Source: a virus
Taxonomy: Duplodnaviria > Caudoviricetes
DNA length: 53,375 nt
IMG/VR virus record: IMGVR_UViG_3300032290_000786
Location: 1 to 53,375 of that record
Strand: one strand, 5' to 3'
The notes under the pieces were generated by a model, which was given only the letters and a program-made list of their open reading frames with translations, had not been told where the DNA came from and searched no databases. Made by a program: the position numbers and the translations under genes. Positions 18,551-28,757 of the stretch are shown in pieces. Position 1 is the first letter of the stretch. The number at the start of each line of letters is the position of its first letter.

Positions 18551-19462
18551 ATGAACAGCGACTCCCTCCCCTTGAATGGCGAGGATGAAGATTCTGATTT
18601 AGCACTTCCCGATATTTCTACGCCACTCGATTGGCGTCCTGACTTGACAAACCTCGGCATCATAGAGCATGATAAGGGCGTCTGTGACGACTCTTACGAA
18701 AACCGTTCCATCTTGCGTCGGGCAAATCTCCAATGGGATTCTGTCTACGACCAGATGGGAAAGCCAACGGGTCTCATCATCGCCCGTTCCGAGGACGCAA
18801 CTAAACAACGGCGTCTCATCTCAGTATCTGAGAAACGCCCTTTGCTCCAGGACCCAACTAAAAACAATTCAGATTACTTAACGGGCCTCGACCTCATCGT
18901 AGATGACGCGGCTTGCAAAATTACACCGCCTTGGGTTATAGGCGCGACACGAACATTCCTTAAAGAACAAGAAGACGGTGGCCCGAAATCTCAACGGCGA
19001 GCGCCGGCGGCTCTACCACATCGTTGTAGATTTGTCAGGTCAGACAGTATGCGTTGTTTACTCTGGTCATCGGGACGGCTTAAGGATGACGGCCTCTGCC
19101 GATTCCATCTCAAGCACAACCGCACACCAGGCGCGGATATCGAACGGGCACGTCAGAAGATTGTTCAGAGTGCACCGTATGCAGTAGATGTTATGGAAGA
19201 GTTAATGGAGTCTGCTCAGTCAGAACCCGTGAGACTCAAAGCGGCAACGGAGATACTTGACCGTGCTGGCGTGCGAGGTGGAATTGAACTTGATGTCGGC
19301 GTGGATGTAACAATGCGTAGTCCAGCGGACATCGTGATGGAAAGATTGCAACGGCTTGCCCAAGGAGCAATCCATGCTGCGTCACTGCTGCCTGATGCAC
19401 AAGTTGTAGATGCAGAACCAGTAATTGAAGATTCAACTAACGGCGAGGATGACCAGGCGTGA
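18551..19462 (+). CDS. terminase small subunit-like protein
   Basis: RC...RC...LCRFH module followed by A...MEELME...VRLKAATEILDRAG. Confidence 0.5.
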   Translation: MNSDSLPLNGEDEDSDLALPDISTPLDWRPDLTNLGIIEHDKGVCDDSYENRSILRRANLQWDSVYDQMGKPTGLIIARSEDATKQRRLISVSEKRPLLQDPTKNNSDYLTGLDLIVDDAACKITPPWVIGATRTFLKEQEDGGPKSQRRAPAALPHRCRFVRSDSMRCLLWSSGRLKDDGLCRFHLKHNRTPGADIERARQKIVQSAPYAVDVMEELMESAQSEPVRLKAATEILDRAGVRGGIELDVGVDVTMRSPADIVMERLQRLAQGAIHAASLLPDAQVVDAEPVIEDSTNGEDDQA

Positions 19463-19635
19463 GTAATGAAAACTTATTGATGTTGGCGGAGCGGCTAGCG
19501 GCTAGACTCCAGGAAGACATCACACTAGCAACAACTCGTCAAGAGCACATAAGGGTAACGGCCCGCGCTAATGAAGCGGTGGAAATTGTTAATACATTAA
19601 AGACGGCGAGCGCTAATACGGTATCTAATAACTAG
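19459..19635 (+). CDS. small hypothetical protein
   Basis: GTGA overlap with the TerS-like gene; GAGGA RBS. Confidence 0.5.
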   Translation: MSNENLLMLAERLAARLQEDITLATTRQEHIRVTARANEAVEIVNTLKTASANTVSNN

Positions 19636-19649
19636 ACGGTGTAGAACAC

Positions 19650-19678
19650 AGTCTAGTTAATAGATACTAGTTTGTCAA
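19650..19678 (-). promoter_or_regulatory. SigA-type promoter facing the TerS-like operon (antisense)
   Basis: TTGACA-N17-TAGACT on the minus strand. Confidence 0.55.
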
Positions 19679-19728
19679 ATCGGCAAGCGGCGTGGGAGAA
19701 TAGCAAAAAGTAAAAACGGAGGACGGTA

Positions 19729-19863
19729 ATGGAAACGGTATTAAAAGATTGCTTCTGGTGCGGCCAGTCATACTCGATGGAAGTAACGGCGTGCCCTAGT
19801 TGTGCTGTGAAGACGGATGCGATGAAGAAAGTTACCCAGCCAGATAACGGCATGGGAAAGTAA
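19729..19863 (+). CDS. small Zn-ribbon protein
   Basis: GGAGG RBS; CFWC...CPSC. Confidence 0.55.
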   Translation: METVLKDCFWCGQSYSMEVTACPSCAVKTDAMKKVTQPDNGMGK

Positions 19864-20739
19864 GTTGTTTGTAGTCGTGGAACCAGGTAGCAGCGGCCAG
19901 GTAGTTTAACGGTCATATAATGGTAGAGTTCGTACAGGGTTAGTTCTAACCGTATACAAGGGAAGCGGCATGGGGAATAAGCGGATGGTTAAAGAAGTAG
20001 TCAGATTCATAACGGTGGTAACGCTGATGCTCATAGCGGCAAGCCAGTTTGCGCTTTTCCTTAACCGCTAGTAATGTGTGGTCTACATACTTACCAGGCA
20101 GGAGTTAACGTAGTTAATCTTCGTAGGGAGTTTTATTTGATTTCCTCCCTTGCTGACTATACTCACGGCTAAAAAATGCATAACGATACTGCTACGAAGA
20201 ACGGTCACAATCGGTTGCAACATGGGCCCGCGAAGAGCCTCCTTTCTCAACTGAGCCGTATCTGCTCCTCCTGGTTCGCTTTTTAATTTAAGTCCGCAGC
20301 AAGCGGCCCGCCAGGTAAACCATTTAAGTTGTTTGTGGTTAGCGGCTCGCTCCATTGCCTCCAGATACTCCTCCGCCATAACCGCCTCCTCCTCCACCCG
20401 CATAGCAAAAAGTAAAAATTCAAAGAGCGGCCCGCCGCTGTCCCCCATTAATAAGTTGTTGGGATGTGGGCGGACCGGACGGCACGGGCAGCAAGGTCCT
20501 TAAGTTGTTGACGGATTGCTACCAGGTAAGGCTGCACACTGAACGAAGATAACGGCGTGCCGATTTGACAGCGGCTTGACAATGGGACTAGACTAGGTTT
20601 TTCAAACAGGGTTTGAAAAACTAAAACCCGCTTACGGTGAGAACAGAATAACTTTTTTAGATGACGGCCTGGTAAAGCGGCCCGCTGCGTATAGCGGCCT
20701 GGAGTTGACACGAGATTTAATAACGGTTACGATGCTGCC

Positions 20740-20928
20740 ATGTTAACAATCCTGTATGTATTAAATGAGATTCGTAGAGAAGTAGCCAACGGTGCTCAAG
20801 AGTTGGAACAGTCCAAGAGAGAAACAGAAATGATAGTCAGCGGTTGGGACAGGATGCTTTGGGCTATTGCCAAACGGCGAGGAACTGAAGAAGCGCTGAA
20901 AAACCATTACTTGACAAGAGAGTATTAA
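20740..20928 (+). CDS. hypothetical protein (leaderless)
   Basis: ATG 6 nt after the -10 of promoter 20705. Confidence 0.55.
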   Translation: MLTILYVLNEIRREVANGAQELEQSKRETEMIVSGWDRMLWAIAKRRGTEEALKNHYLTREY

Positions 20929-20961
20929 TTCTGTATAATGCATTCTTGAAAGGGAGGACTT

Positions 20962-21150
20962 ATGTCTAAAGACATTCCAATAGTGCACGTTACGTTTTTA
21001 CCTCAATGCGATTTCTGCGGAGAGAAGGCAATGTATGACGCGGCAACTAATCTCGGACCCTGGGCCAATCTATGTTCAAATTGTTTTGACATCTATGGGC
21101 TTGGTCTAGGACTAGGTAAAGGTCAGCATCTAGTTCAACTTGACAACTAA
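20962..21150 (+). CDS. small Zn-finger protein
   Basis: CDFC...YDAAT..GPWANLC..CF...GLGLGKGQ; strong RBS. Confidence 0.75.
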   Translation: MSKDIPIVHVTFLPQCDFCGEKAMYDAATNLGPWANLCSNCFDIYGLGLGLGKGQHLVQLDN

Positions 21151-21173
21151 TAAATAGTCTGTCATACTAGGTT

Positions 21174-21250
21174 TGTATCTGGGGCGAATTCCTTACTGGA
21201 TGACGAAAAGGGTTGAGGTCCTAGGCCAAAAATCCCGTTCCCCAGATACA
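21174..21250 (+). ncRNA. structured leader / small RNA starting at predicted TSS
   Basis: 11-bp perfect stem TGTATCTGGGG/CCCCAGATACA enclosing 55 nt, just after promoter 21140. Confidence 0.45.
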
Positions 21251-21279
21251 TTACAAAACAACTACAGAAAGGGTGTCTT

Positions 21280-21462
21280 GTGCAAGAAGAAAAGATTTAT
21301 GATTTTGTAATAAAACTTGCTGGCAGAGTTTCTGCCAAGAACGAAGCAGAAGCAAACAAAAAAATAAATGCACACCTAGATGACCTAGGGGCAATAGATT
21401 CAGCGAAGCACGACCTACATTGGCCTGATGCTTCTTGGGAAATGGAGTATGAACTAAAGTGA
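21280..21462 (+). CDS. hypothetical protein
   Basis: AGAAAGGG RBS, GTG start. Confidence 0.65.
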   Translation: MQEEKIYDFVIKLAGRVSAKNEAEANKKINAHLDDLGAIDSAKHDLHWPDASWEMEYELK

Positions 21463-21755
21463 GTAACGAAACATTAGAAGTAGAAGAGTTAGAAGAAGAT
21501 AGCCCATTCATTACTGCTGGCGCACTTGCGGAGTATGTCTCGCAAGAATTTGAAGAAGATGAAATTGTTAGTTACAACGTCTATTCAAAGTCCGATGTTG
21601 AGTCTGACCTTGATGTTGAACTTACAGACGAACAATGGCTAAGGTTTTTACACCTTTGGGAAAACGATGATGTTCTCAATGAGACTCGTGCCGCGGTTTG
21701 GATGGAGACAGTAGATACCATTCGTCAAGAATTTGGTATTGAGGAAAAAGAATGA
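21459..21755 (+). CDS. acidic hypothetical protein
   Basis: Overlapping operon. Confidence 0.7.
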   Translation: MSNETLEVEELEEDSPFITAGALAEYVSQEFEEDEIVSYNVYSKSDVESDLDVELTDEQWLRFLHLWENDDVLNETRAAVWMETVDTIRQEFGIEEKE

Positions 21756-21943
21756 CACGCACTATAAAAAGTAAAATTGAATTTGAGTTTGATGTTGAGT
21801 TGGCAAACGAAGGCTTAGACACGCCAATGACAGATGACGAACTCATAGAGTATGCAACACGAACATTTGCGGAAGATGTTTATTCAATGTCTTTGCATAA
21901 CGAATTGCAAGGCGCAATTCGGACAATCATAGTAGAAGGGTAA
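21752..21943 (+). CDS. hypothetical protein
   Basis: ATGA overlap. Confidence 0.65.
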   Translation: MTRTIKSKIEFEFDVELANEGLDTPMTDDELIEYATRTFAEDVYSMSLHNELQGAIRTIIVEG

Positions 21944-21947
21944 GGCG

Positions 21948-22355
21948 ATGGGTCAGTATCACGTTTTAGTAAATTACGACAAGAAAGAAACTGTTGTTCC
22001 TCACGCACTCGGGCTCGGCCTGAAGCAATGGGAACACTTAGGGTTTGAAGGCGGCACGCTTGCCGATGCGCTTTACATCCTAACAATGACTTCACCTGCT
22101 CGTGGTGGTGGAGACTTACCTGAGACTGCGGTCTCGGGCCGATGGGCTGGTGACCGATGCTTTGTATACGGTGACTACACCCAAGATTCAGATTTACCCG
22201 ACATCCCAAATGCTGGCAGTCTGCCTATTGAAGGCGAGGGCTGGACAGACATTAGCGAACTAGTTGCCACAGAAATGGGCAAGGTGTTCGGATTCAAGAT
22301 GACGGGTGATGGGTGGAAGCGGCGTGAGTCGCTAACACCTCAGACGCAAGTCTGA
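21948..22355 (+). CDS. conserved phage hypothetical protein
   Basis: MGQYH..VN.DKKE, GLK.WE, GRWAGDR...GDY. Confidence 0.75.
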   Translation: MGQYHVLVNYDKKETVVPHALGLGLKQWEHLGFEGGTLADALYILTMTSPARGGGDLPETAVSGRWAGDRCFVYGDYTQDSDLPDIPNAGSLPIEGEGWTDISELVATEMGKVFGFKMTGDGWKRRESLTPQTQV

Positions 22356-22367
22356 CCCTTTCCCAGT

Positions 22368-22401
22368 AAAGACGGCGTGCCCTTAGGGGTGCGCCGTTTT
22401 T
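22368..22401 (+). terminator. intrinsic terminator
   Basis: GACGGCGTGCCC-TTA-GGGGTGCGCCGTTTTT. Confidence 0.8.
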
Positions 22402-22610
22402 CATTTGTCCACTAAACGGATGACATCCAAATACCTGCACTAGAACGGCAAGTTGTTTACAGATTCACCTGGCGGCCAGGCATTTAGCAAAAAGTAAAAA
22501 TGCACTCCTCCAGGCACGGCGAGGATGGGAAGTTGTTTGTAGTTGGCAGACCTGAAGACCGAATGCCAACACGGCTTGACATCTTAGAAGGCAAGCCCTA
22601 TACTGCGATT

Positions 22611-22760
22611 ATGAAAAAGAAAAATCCACTTGACGGCTTGCTTCGCTTGCGAGGTCGCTTTGTGCTGAACCAAAAAGCACAGGTGTTTGCTGACAAGCGG
22701 AGTAAGCGAAATAAATCTCGCGCCGAACAAAGACGGCGTGCCTTAGAGGAACAGGAGTAA
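22611..22760 (+). CDS. small basic protein (leaderless)
   Basis: ATG 6 nt after TATACT of promoter 22576. Confidence 0.6.
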   Translation: MKKKNPLDGLLRLRGRFVLNQKAQVFADKRSKRNKSRAEQRRRALEEQE

Positions 22761-22768
22761 AAAGTAAA

Positions 22769-23035
22769 ATGACAACGGATACAACACAGGAGCGCTGGAA
22801 CTTGGGCTACTACTCACAACTTGAGGGTGCAACAATTCTGAGGTTCAAGGGAACTGACCCTGATGATTTTGGAAGCCGTGGGTTTCCAATGTTTGTGGCA
22901 CGACTTGCAAATGGAGAACTTGTTGAACTTGTTCTCTCCCAAGACGAAGAAGGTAATGGTGGAGGATTTATGTTCGGACTTCCTGATTACACGCTTCCTG
23001 AGTTTCGCACCACTAAGCACTTGACAAAAAAATAA
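22769..23035 (+). CDS. hypothetical protein
   Basis: LSQDEEGNGGGF motif. Confidence 0.7.
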   Translation: MTTDTTQERWNLGYYSQLEGATILRFKGTDPDDFGSRGFPMFVARLANGELVELVLSQDEEGNGGGFMFGLPDYTLPEFRTTKHLTKK

Positions 23036-23077
23036 AAATCATTATACTTAGCAATGTCTTTAGGGAAAGGAGACAAA

Positions 23078-23233
23078 GTGAATACAGTTTATTTGAAGAT
23101 GGAACTCTCAGATGAGGTTCTAGGTGTTGAAGGGTTTATGGAAGGCTTCCTTCATACTGTTCGTGAATTACAGATAGATGGCGTTGTCACACAATACGAG
23201 TGGGACACAGAACCTTTTGGGGAGGGAAACTAA
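23078..23233 (+). CDS. small hypothetical protein
   Basis: GGAAAGGAG RBS, GTG start, TAATG coupling. Confidence 0.55.
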   Translation: MNTVYLKMELSDEVLGVEGFMEGFLHTVRELQIDGVVTQYEWDTEPFGEGN

Positions 23234-23904
23234 TGCCAAACTGGGTATATAACAATCTCTCAATAGAGGGAACAGAAGAAGCCATTGCGCGAGTAAAGGC
23301 TCAACTCAACAAGCCAATCGTAAAACAATATGGCGAAGACAAAGAAGCAACTACTTATTCAAATCCAATCTTTTCGTTTTGGAACATTATTGCTCCACCT
23401 GCCGAAAAGTTAGATGAATACTTTGGCACTCACGGATTTGATGGTGGTAAGGCTACTGGTGATACTGAATACAACTGGTATAACTTCAACAACCATAAAT
23501 GGGGAACTAAGTGGGATGTCGCAGTATCAGATGGCGAAAGTTATTCTGCTACAGAAATAACTAGCGAGTCTGCTACACACATTTCTTATCGCTTTGATAC
23601 TGCGTGGTCGCCACCACTTCCAGTTATTGAAGAACTATCTGTTCAATACCCTGAGTTAGAAATAACTTTGGAGTATGAAGAGGAACAAGGCTGGGGTGGA
23701 GAAATCCTATGGACAGAAGAAGGCTCTAGTATTATTCGTGAATACGACATACCTGATAGTCACGCTGACTTTGATGAGCGAGACAATCTTGATGGTTGCC
23801 TTTGCGCCACAGAAGAGGAGCAAGACGATTGGTATAAAGACTGCCCTAGAGAAGAAGTTCTTGAACTACAGGCAGAACAACAACTACAAGTAGTAGGGGA
23901 ATAG
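23233..23904 (+). CDS. DUF1281/YubB ferredoxin-like domain protein
   Basis: MPNW..N.L, WY.....WGTKWD, FDTAWSPP, YP.L...L.YEE. Confidence 0.8.
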   Translation: MPNWVYNNLSIEGTEEAIARVKAQLNKPIVKQYGEDKEATTYSNPIFSFWNIIAPPAEKLDEYFGTHGFDGGKATGDTEYNWYNFNNHKWGTKWDVAVSDGESYSATEITSESATHISYRFDTAWSPPLPVIEELSVQYPELEITLEYEEEQGWGGEILWTEEGSSIIREYDIPDSHADFDERDNLDGCLCATEEEQDDWYKDCPREEVLELQAEQQLQVVGE

Positions 23905-23916
23905 GAAAAAGTAAAA

Positions 23917-24177
23917 ATGAGCAAAGACCTAAGTAACGCAACATACTTTGCAATAGATGGAAACTATGGAGATGCTGATGGCATTGTCATTGTTGATACT
24001 TCAGGCTGGTCTGAAGAAGACTGGACTGCGATTGACGAAGTGGGGGACGCTGATAGAGCCAACCTTGCCTACGCACTTGCGAAGTCTGACGACCTTGCGA
24101 GCGCGAGAGGTGCGCTAGAAATCCACGACACAGAGGCAGAACCAATTCTAGGTCGTGATTTGACAAAAAAGGAATAA
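23917..24177 (+). CDS. hypothetical protein
   Basis: YFA.DGNYGDA motif. Confidence 0.7.
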   Translation: MSKDLSNATYFAIDGNYGDADGIVIVDTSGWSEEDWTAIDEVGDADRANLAYALAKSDDLASARGALEIHDTEAEPILGRDLTKKE

Positions 24178-24217
24178 CCTGTCATAATACTCTCAACAAA
24201 CTAACAAAGGGGAAAAA

Positions 24218-24616
24218 GTGGGAAACAGAGTTGTAGTTGGATTTCAAAATCGCAAGGACGACCCAATTATTTATCTTTACCAACATTGGGGAGATGAAAG
24301 TGAGTCTGCTCTTGCTGACGCAATTTATATGGCAGTTAGTCGCTGGAACGACCCTGACTATGCAACTCGCATAGTTATCTCTCGTTTAGTTGCTGACGAT
24401 TGGAAACAAGAATTGGGATATGGCATTTCAGTAAATCGCTTTGCTTTTCCTGATTATGACACTATCAACATTGTTCGCTGGGAAGAAAAAATAGTAACAA
24501 CTAATTCTTCAAATGACCCTGAGACAGAAATCTCTCGTCAAGACCTAGAGGACTTCGTAGTAGGTAACTTACCTGCGACACGCCTTGTTGGTAGTGGATT
24601 TGACAAAAAGGGGTAA
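24218..24616 (+). CDS. conserved phage hypothetical protein
   Basis: MGNR, YLYQHWG, RW.DPDYATRI. Confidence 0.7.
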   Translation: MGNRVVVGFQNRKDDPIIYLYQHWGDESESALADAIYMAVSRWNDPDYATRIVISRLVADDWKQELGYGISVNRFAFPDYDTINIVRWEEKIVTTNSSNDPETEISRQDLEDFVVGNLPATRLVGSGFDKKG

Positions 24617-24677
24617 ATGGTTTTATACTTGACCTACTAGACAGCCTAGTAGTTTTATGAAAGGACACAAGGACACA

Positions 24678-25142
24678 ATGTTAGACAAAGAAAAGAAAGT
24701 TCAAGGGGTAGCAGTTTATGCTGAGTTCCGCAAGCCGGGGCAAACTATGCAACTACTAATAACTCCTGACGCATATACAAACGCAGGAACTCTAATTCCT
24801 ATGGCACTCCACAGACGAGTTGTCACACCTATCACTCCAAAGAAACAATGGAAATCAACTTCCTTCCGCAACGCACAAGTCAAAGAACTTGTTGAGTCGG
24901 GAACAGGTGCAACGCTAGGTGACGACAGTATCTCTGCTTTCACAGATGAGCGAATTCGCTATGGACTCCCATACTTTGACGAAGTTCTAAATGGTGGTTG
25001 GACACTAGAGAACAAGCCAATCCTTACAGAAGTCTCGCGTCACGACGCAGACGATATAGCAAGAGGAAAGACACCTAATAAGGTTCTTTATCGTATTCAT
25101 ATTTCTCGGAAAGCACTCGGCTTTCCTGCGGAATTGGTATAA
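24678..25142 (+). CDS. hypothetical protein
   Basis: AAGGA RBS, after promoter 24600. Confidence 0.7.
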   Translation: MLDKEKKVQGVAVYAEFRKPGQTMQLLITPDAYTNAGTLIPMALHRRVVTPITPKKQWKSTSFRNAQVKELVESGTGATLGDDSISAFTDERIRYGLPYFDEVLNGGWTLENKPILTEVSRHDADDIARGKTPNKVLYRIHISRKALGFPAELV

Positions 25143-25163
25143 GGGAAAGGGGAATAACTTACA

Positions 25164-26216
25164 ATGGATACTCTAAAAGAAAAGTATTCGGCAATTACGC
25201 CGAACCTCACTCCTACTTTGTGGGAAATGATTGAGGCAGTAGCAACGCAGGGAGTAAATGAAAAATCTACGACAGCACTTGCTTCCAATGTTCTACCGCA
25301 AGGACGCTATGTTGAACGAGCAGTTGGTTCAGAGCGTGCGCCACGCAGGTCAAGACTAAAGATGGAACTTCCAGTAGTAGGCGCACTTGAAGGCGAAGAT
25401 ACTTATGTTCGTCCTAATGGTGCTATCTATCACGCTCGCTCTTGGGGAGAACACAAAGATGTTCAAACTTTGATTGAAGCACGCAAAGCAACTACAGAGT
25501 ATGTGAATACAGGTGTAGGTTCTCCATTGTTCGCACTCCTATATGGAGTTCCGGGAACTGGAAAAACTGCGCTAGTTGAAGCCGCTTTTGGAACTGCTAC
25601 ACGAACACTTCTAGGTCACGGAGATGTTGAAGTTGCCGATATGGTTGGTTCATATATCCAAACACCTAGTGGTAATTTTGAGTGGGTAGATGGAGACCTA
25701 ATCAAGGCTATGGAAAATGGAGAAGTCTATTTCGTAGATGAGATTGGTCTGATTGACCCTAAGGTTCTTTCAATTCTTTATGGTGCTATGGACGGACGCC
25801 GTGAAGTAAATGTCACCGCAAACCCTGAGCGCGGAGTTGTAAAGGCACACCCTGAGTTTTATGTGGTGTCTGCTACAAACCCTAACGCTCCCGGCGTGCG
25901 ACTAAGTGAAGCGTTGTTATCTCGTTTCACAGTTCAAGCAGAAATGACAACTGATTGGGCACTCGCAAAGAAGTTGGGTGTGCCAGCACTTGTTGTTACT
26001 GCTGCACAAAATCTCTATCGCAAACAACTAGAGAAGCAAACAAGTTGGTCTCCACAAATGAGAGAACTACTTGCTTTCCGAGATGTCGCAAAGACTTTCG
26101 GAACTGCGTTCGCTCTCTCTAATCTAATCTCTTCCGCACCGCAGAACGACAGAGGCACAGTTACAGATGTTCTCTCTCGGGCTTTCGGTGAGGAAGTAAA
26201 GCCAGCGAAAATCTAA
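25164..26216 (+). CDS. MoxR/CbbQ-type AAA+ ATPase (CobS-like)
   Basis: Walker A GVPGTGKT, Walker B YFVDEI, ATNP sensor, LSEALLSRF. Confidence 0.9.
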   Translation: MDTLKEKYSAITPNLTPTLWEMIEAVATQGVNEKSTTALASNVLPQGRYVERAVGSERAPRRSRLKMELPVVGALEGEDTYVRPNGAIYHARSWGEHKDVQTLIEARKATTEYVNTGVGSPLFALLYGVPGTGKTALVEAAFGTATRTLLGHGDVEVADMVGSYIQTPSGNFEWVDGDLIKAMENGEVYFVDEIGLIDPKVLSILYGAMDGRREVNVTANPERGVVKAHPEFYVVSATNPNAPGVRLSEALLSRFTVQAEMTTDWALAKKLGVPALVVTAAQNLYRKQLEKQTSWSPQMRELLAFRDVAKTFGTAFALSNLISSAPQNDRGTVTDVLSRAFGEEVKPAKI

Positions 26217-26236
26217 TTCCCCTGATTTCGTTGGTA

Positions 26237-26285
26237 GTGGGTTGGGGGTTGATTAGTGTCCTTTTCAGCCCCCACTCTTCCCCAC
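26237..26285 (+). other. 3'-UTR hairpin with pyrimidine-rich loop
   Basis: TGGGGGTTGA/TCAGCCCCCA stem, loop TTAGTGTCCTTT. Confidence 0.6.
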
Positions 26286-26370
26286 GCAGGATTTGACAAA
26301 AGGACAAACAAGTGAGATACTTGGTCTAACAAGTTAGGTTCGGAAGCCTGACAGAAAAGGGAAAAGACAA

Positions 26371-28164
26371 ATGACGCATTTCAAAAGTGGTGAAAGCAAG
26401 GCTCAGGCAACAAGCCCTGAGTGGTTGAAGGTTGGTAAAGATATTGGCTATATGGCAAACAAGTGGGCGTTACGCGACGACATTGTTGCCTATGTAGGTC
26501 CGGGCGCAGGTGGGAACGCACCTGCTTGCTTCAACATTTCCTCTGCGGAAATTGAAGTAAATGTTGATGTTGCTTTCGGCGCAGGTGTAAGTCCTGACGC
26601 GATTGGCGATATTACAACTCGCAAAGTTCAATACGAATTTCCTAGAGCAACAGGGGCAATTCTTCACGAAGCGTTTCACGCACGCTACTCACTATGGTCT
26701 CTGCCAAAAGCATACGAAGACCTAGAGAAAAATCAAAAAGTATTTGACGCATTAGTGCTACTTGAAGAAAGTCGCATTGAATATCAGGGTCTCCAAGCCA
26801 ATTCAAAGGCTCGTCCTTTCTTGCGTGCGAGCGCGATTGAACTTGCTATTGGCGACGCTAGAGAAGGCTTTGAAGTCAAGCAACCAACAATCGCTATCTC
26901 TAATCTAGTTGGATTAGTTCATAGTCGCATTGACGCAGGTATTCTTGACGCACACGAAGTTGCTGACATTGTTGAGTGGGTCAATACTCAAATTGACTCT
27001 GACAAAGTTACACAACTTCGCGACCTTGCTCGCTTGGCACAAATGCACGATAAGCATAGAGACGCAACAGAACTCTACCCAATCGCAAAAGAGTGGGTTC
27101 GCATTGTTGATGAAATTGCTAAAGAGCGTGGAGAAAACCCTGACGAAAAACCTGAGGGTTGTTTCCCAATTCCAAAAGAGTTAGCAGATAAGATTATGGA
27201 GATTATGAAGGAAGTTGGCGAAGAAGTTGAAATGAATAACTTCGGAGAACTTTCAGACCAAGAACAATCTGAGGACTTCAAGGAAGAAGCAAAGTCTCGC
27301 GCTGACGAGTCAAAGGAACAATTAGAGAACGAAGAAATTGCTTCTGAGGTCTTTGATAAATCTACTGGTGTTGGAACTTCTAAAACCAACAGCAGACTAA
27401 AAGAGACACGACAGCCAAACGCAGAAGAGCGTTCTGCTTCAGTTCGCATTGGCGAACTTATGGAGAAAGCAAAATATCGTGAGCGCGATATTACTGACAT
27501 AGATAGTCAGACACCTCCGGGGCGATTGAAAACTCGCGCCATTATTCAGAACAAGGCACTACGCGAACGCGGAGTTGTCTCTAGGGAAAATCCTTTCCGT
27601 AGAACTGTTCGCAAACAAACTGATGAACCAACACTCAATGTTGGCATTATGGTTGATATTAGTGGCTCAATGGGAAGTGCTATGAACCCTATGGCTACAA
27701 CTGCTTGGGTTATGTCTGAAGCAGTAAATCGTATTCAGGGCAACTGCGCTATGGTCTATTACGGAAATGATGTGTTCCCAACTCTAAAGGTTGGACAACG
27801 ACTTCCTGAAGTAAATGTTTATACTGCACCTGATGGAACTGAAAAATTCACGAAGGCGTTCAAGGCATTAGATGGAGAACTAAATCTTCTCTATGGAAAT
27901 GGCGCACGACTTCTTGTTATTGTTTCTGATGGACAATATACAAGTGAAGAAACAAGGAGTGCTAAAGAAATTATTCGCAAGTGCGAGAGTGCTGGCGTTG
28001 CAGTTCTATGGCTTCCCTTTGACTACGGCTCAGGTGCTAGAGAGATTGGACAAGGCTACGCAGAAATCGTGTCGGACATTACCGACCCTGCTGGTGCTTC
28101 CGAACTTATCGGTATGAAGGCTATGGAAGTTATGACTAGAGTTGGACAGAGGCAAGTTGCCTAA
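26371..28164 (+). CDS. VWA (MIDAS) protein with HExxH metallopeptidase-like N-terminal domain (CobT-like partner)
   Basis: HEAFH, EESRIE, DISGSM, VSDG; adjacent to the MoxR ATPase. Confidence 0.85.
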   Translation: MTHFKSGESKAQATSPEWLKVGKDIGYMANKWALRDDIVAYVGPGAGGNAPACFNISSAEIEVNVDVAFGAGVSPDAIGDITTRKVQYEFPRATGAILHEAFHARYSLWSLPKAYEDLEKNQKVFDALVLLEESRIEYQGLQANSKARPFLRASAIELAIGDAREGFEVKQPTIAISNLVGLVHSRIDAGILDAHEVADIVEWVNTQIDSDKVTQLRDLARLAQMHDKHRDATELYPIAKEWVRIVDEIAKERGENPDEKPEGCFPIPKELADKIMEIMKEVGEEVEMNNFGELSDQEQSEDFKEEAKSRADESKEQLENEEIASEVFDKSTGVGTSKTNSRLKETRQPNAEERSASVRIGELMEKAKYRERDITDIDSQTPPGRLKTRAIIQNKALRERGVVSRENPFRRTVRKQTDEPTLNVGIMVDISGSMGSAMNPMATTAWVMSEAVNRIQGNCAMVYYGNDVFPTLKVGQRLPEVNVYTAPDGTEKFTKAFKALDGELNLLYGNGARLLVIVSDGQYTSEETRSAKEIIRKCESAGVAVLWLPFDYGSGAREIGQGYAEIVSDITDPAGASELIGMKAMEVMTRVGQRQVA

Positions 28165-28175
28165 GTCCTAAAGAT

Positions 28176-28248
28176 GTCTCGGTTCGGGGCTGGTGCGTCC
28201 TTCCGAACGCTTTCCTCTCTCACCACAGGAACCGAACCGAACCGAGAC
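28176..28248 (+). other. 3'-UTR multi-stem hairpin
   Basis: GTCTCGGTTCGG/CCGAACCGAGAC outer stem, inner CU-rich segments. Confidence 0.6.
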
Positions 28249-28282
28249 CCTAGTAGCAAAAAGTAAAAACGAAAGGGAGAAG

Positions 28283-28681
28283 ATGCACTACAAACAAATT
28301 GTTGAAAGAGTCTATTCACATAGACCTTCACAAACAGATGCCGTCTTCTATCAAGGGCACGGCAAAGTTGCTGAGGTAGAGATAGACGGCTTCCGCGTCG
28401 CGGTTTATTGCGACGGGGATATGAGAGCAATTTACAATGAAGATGTTCTTAGGACAGCAAAAGACTTTACTGACCACGGATTAGATACGGACGAGAAACT
28501 AAAGAAGGCAACCGAAGACGGCGTTCTCTATTGGGATATGAACCCGTGGTTTGATTGCTACACACTTGAAGGCGAACACTTAGACATTGTTTGTGATGAC
28601 ATTGAGAACGCCATTGAAAGTGCGCTTGCCTATACCCAATCACAACGCGATAGCGAACTTGTGTTGCTTCAAGACTTCTAG
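28283..28681 (+). CDS. hypothetical protein
   Basis: GAAAGGGAG RBS; WDMNPWF. Confidence 0.7.
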   Translation: MHYKQIVERVYSHRPSQTDAVFYQGHGKVAEVEIDGFRVAVYCDGDMRAIYNEDVLRTAKDFTDHGLDTDEKLKKATEDGVLYWDMNPWFDCYTLEGEHLDIVCDDIENAIESALAYTQSQRDSELVLLQDF

Positions 28682-28757
28682 TTTTTATTTGCGGATAGAC
28701 TTGACAAGATAAAGTAAAAATGCAATAATAGGGTTCTACTTAGGGAAAGGTGGAAAA

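Noticed and set aside
19653-20711. Minus-strand ORFs 19653-19916, 20083-20448 and 20448-20711
   Set aside because: No clear RBS, atypical composition, and they overlap promoters and repeat motifs
25164-28164. cobS/cobT as a cobalamin biosynthesis auxiliary gene pair
   Set aside because: No cobN in the window; MoxR-VWA pairs are widespread in phages, so a chaperone/remodelling role is more parsimonious
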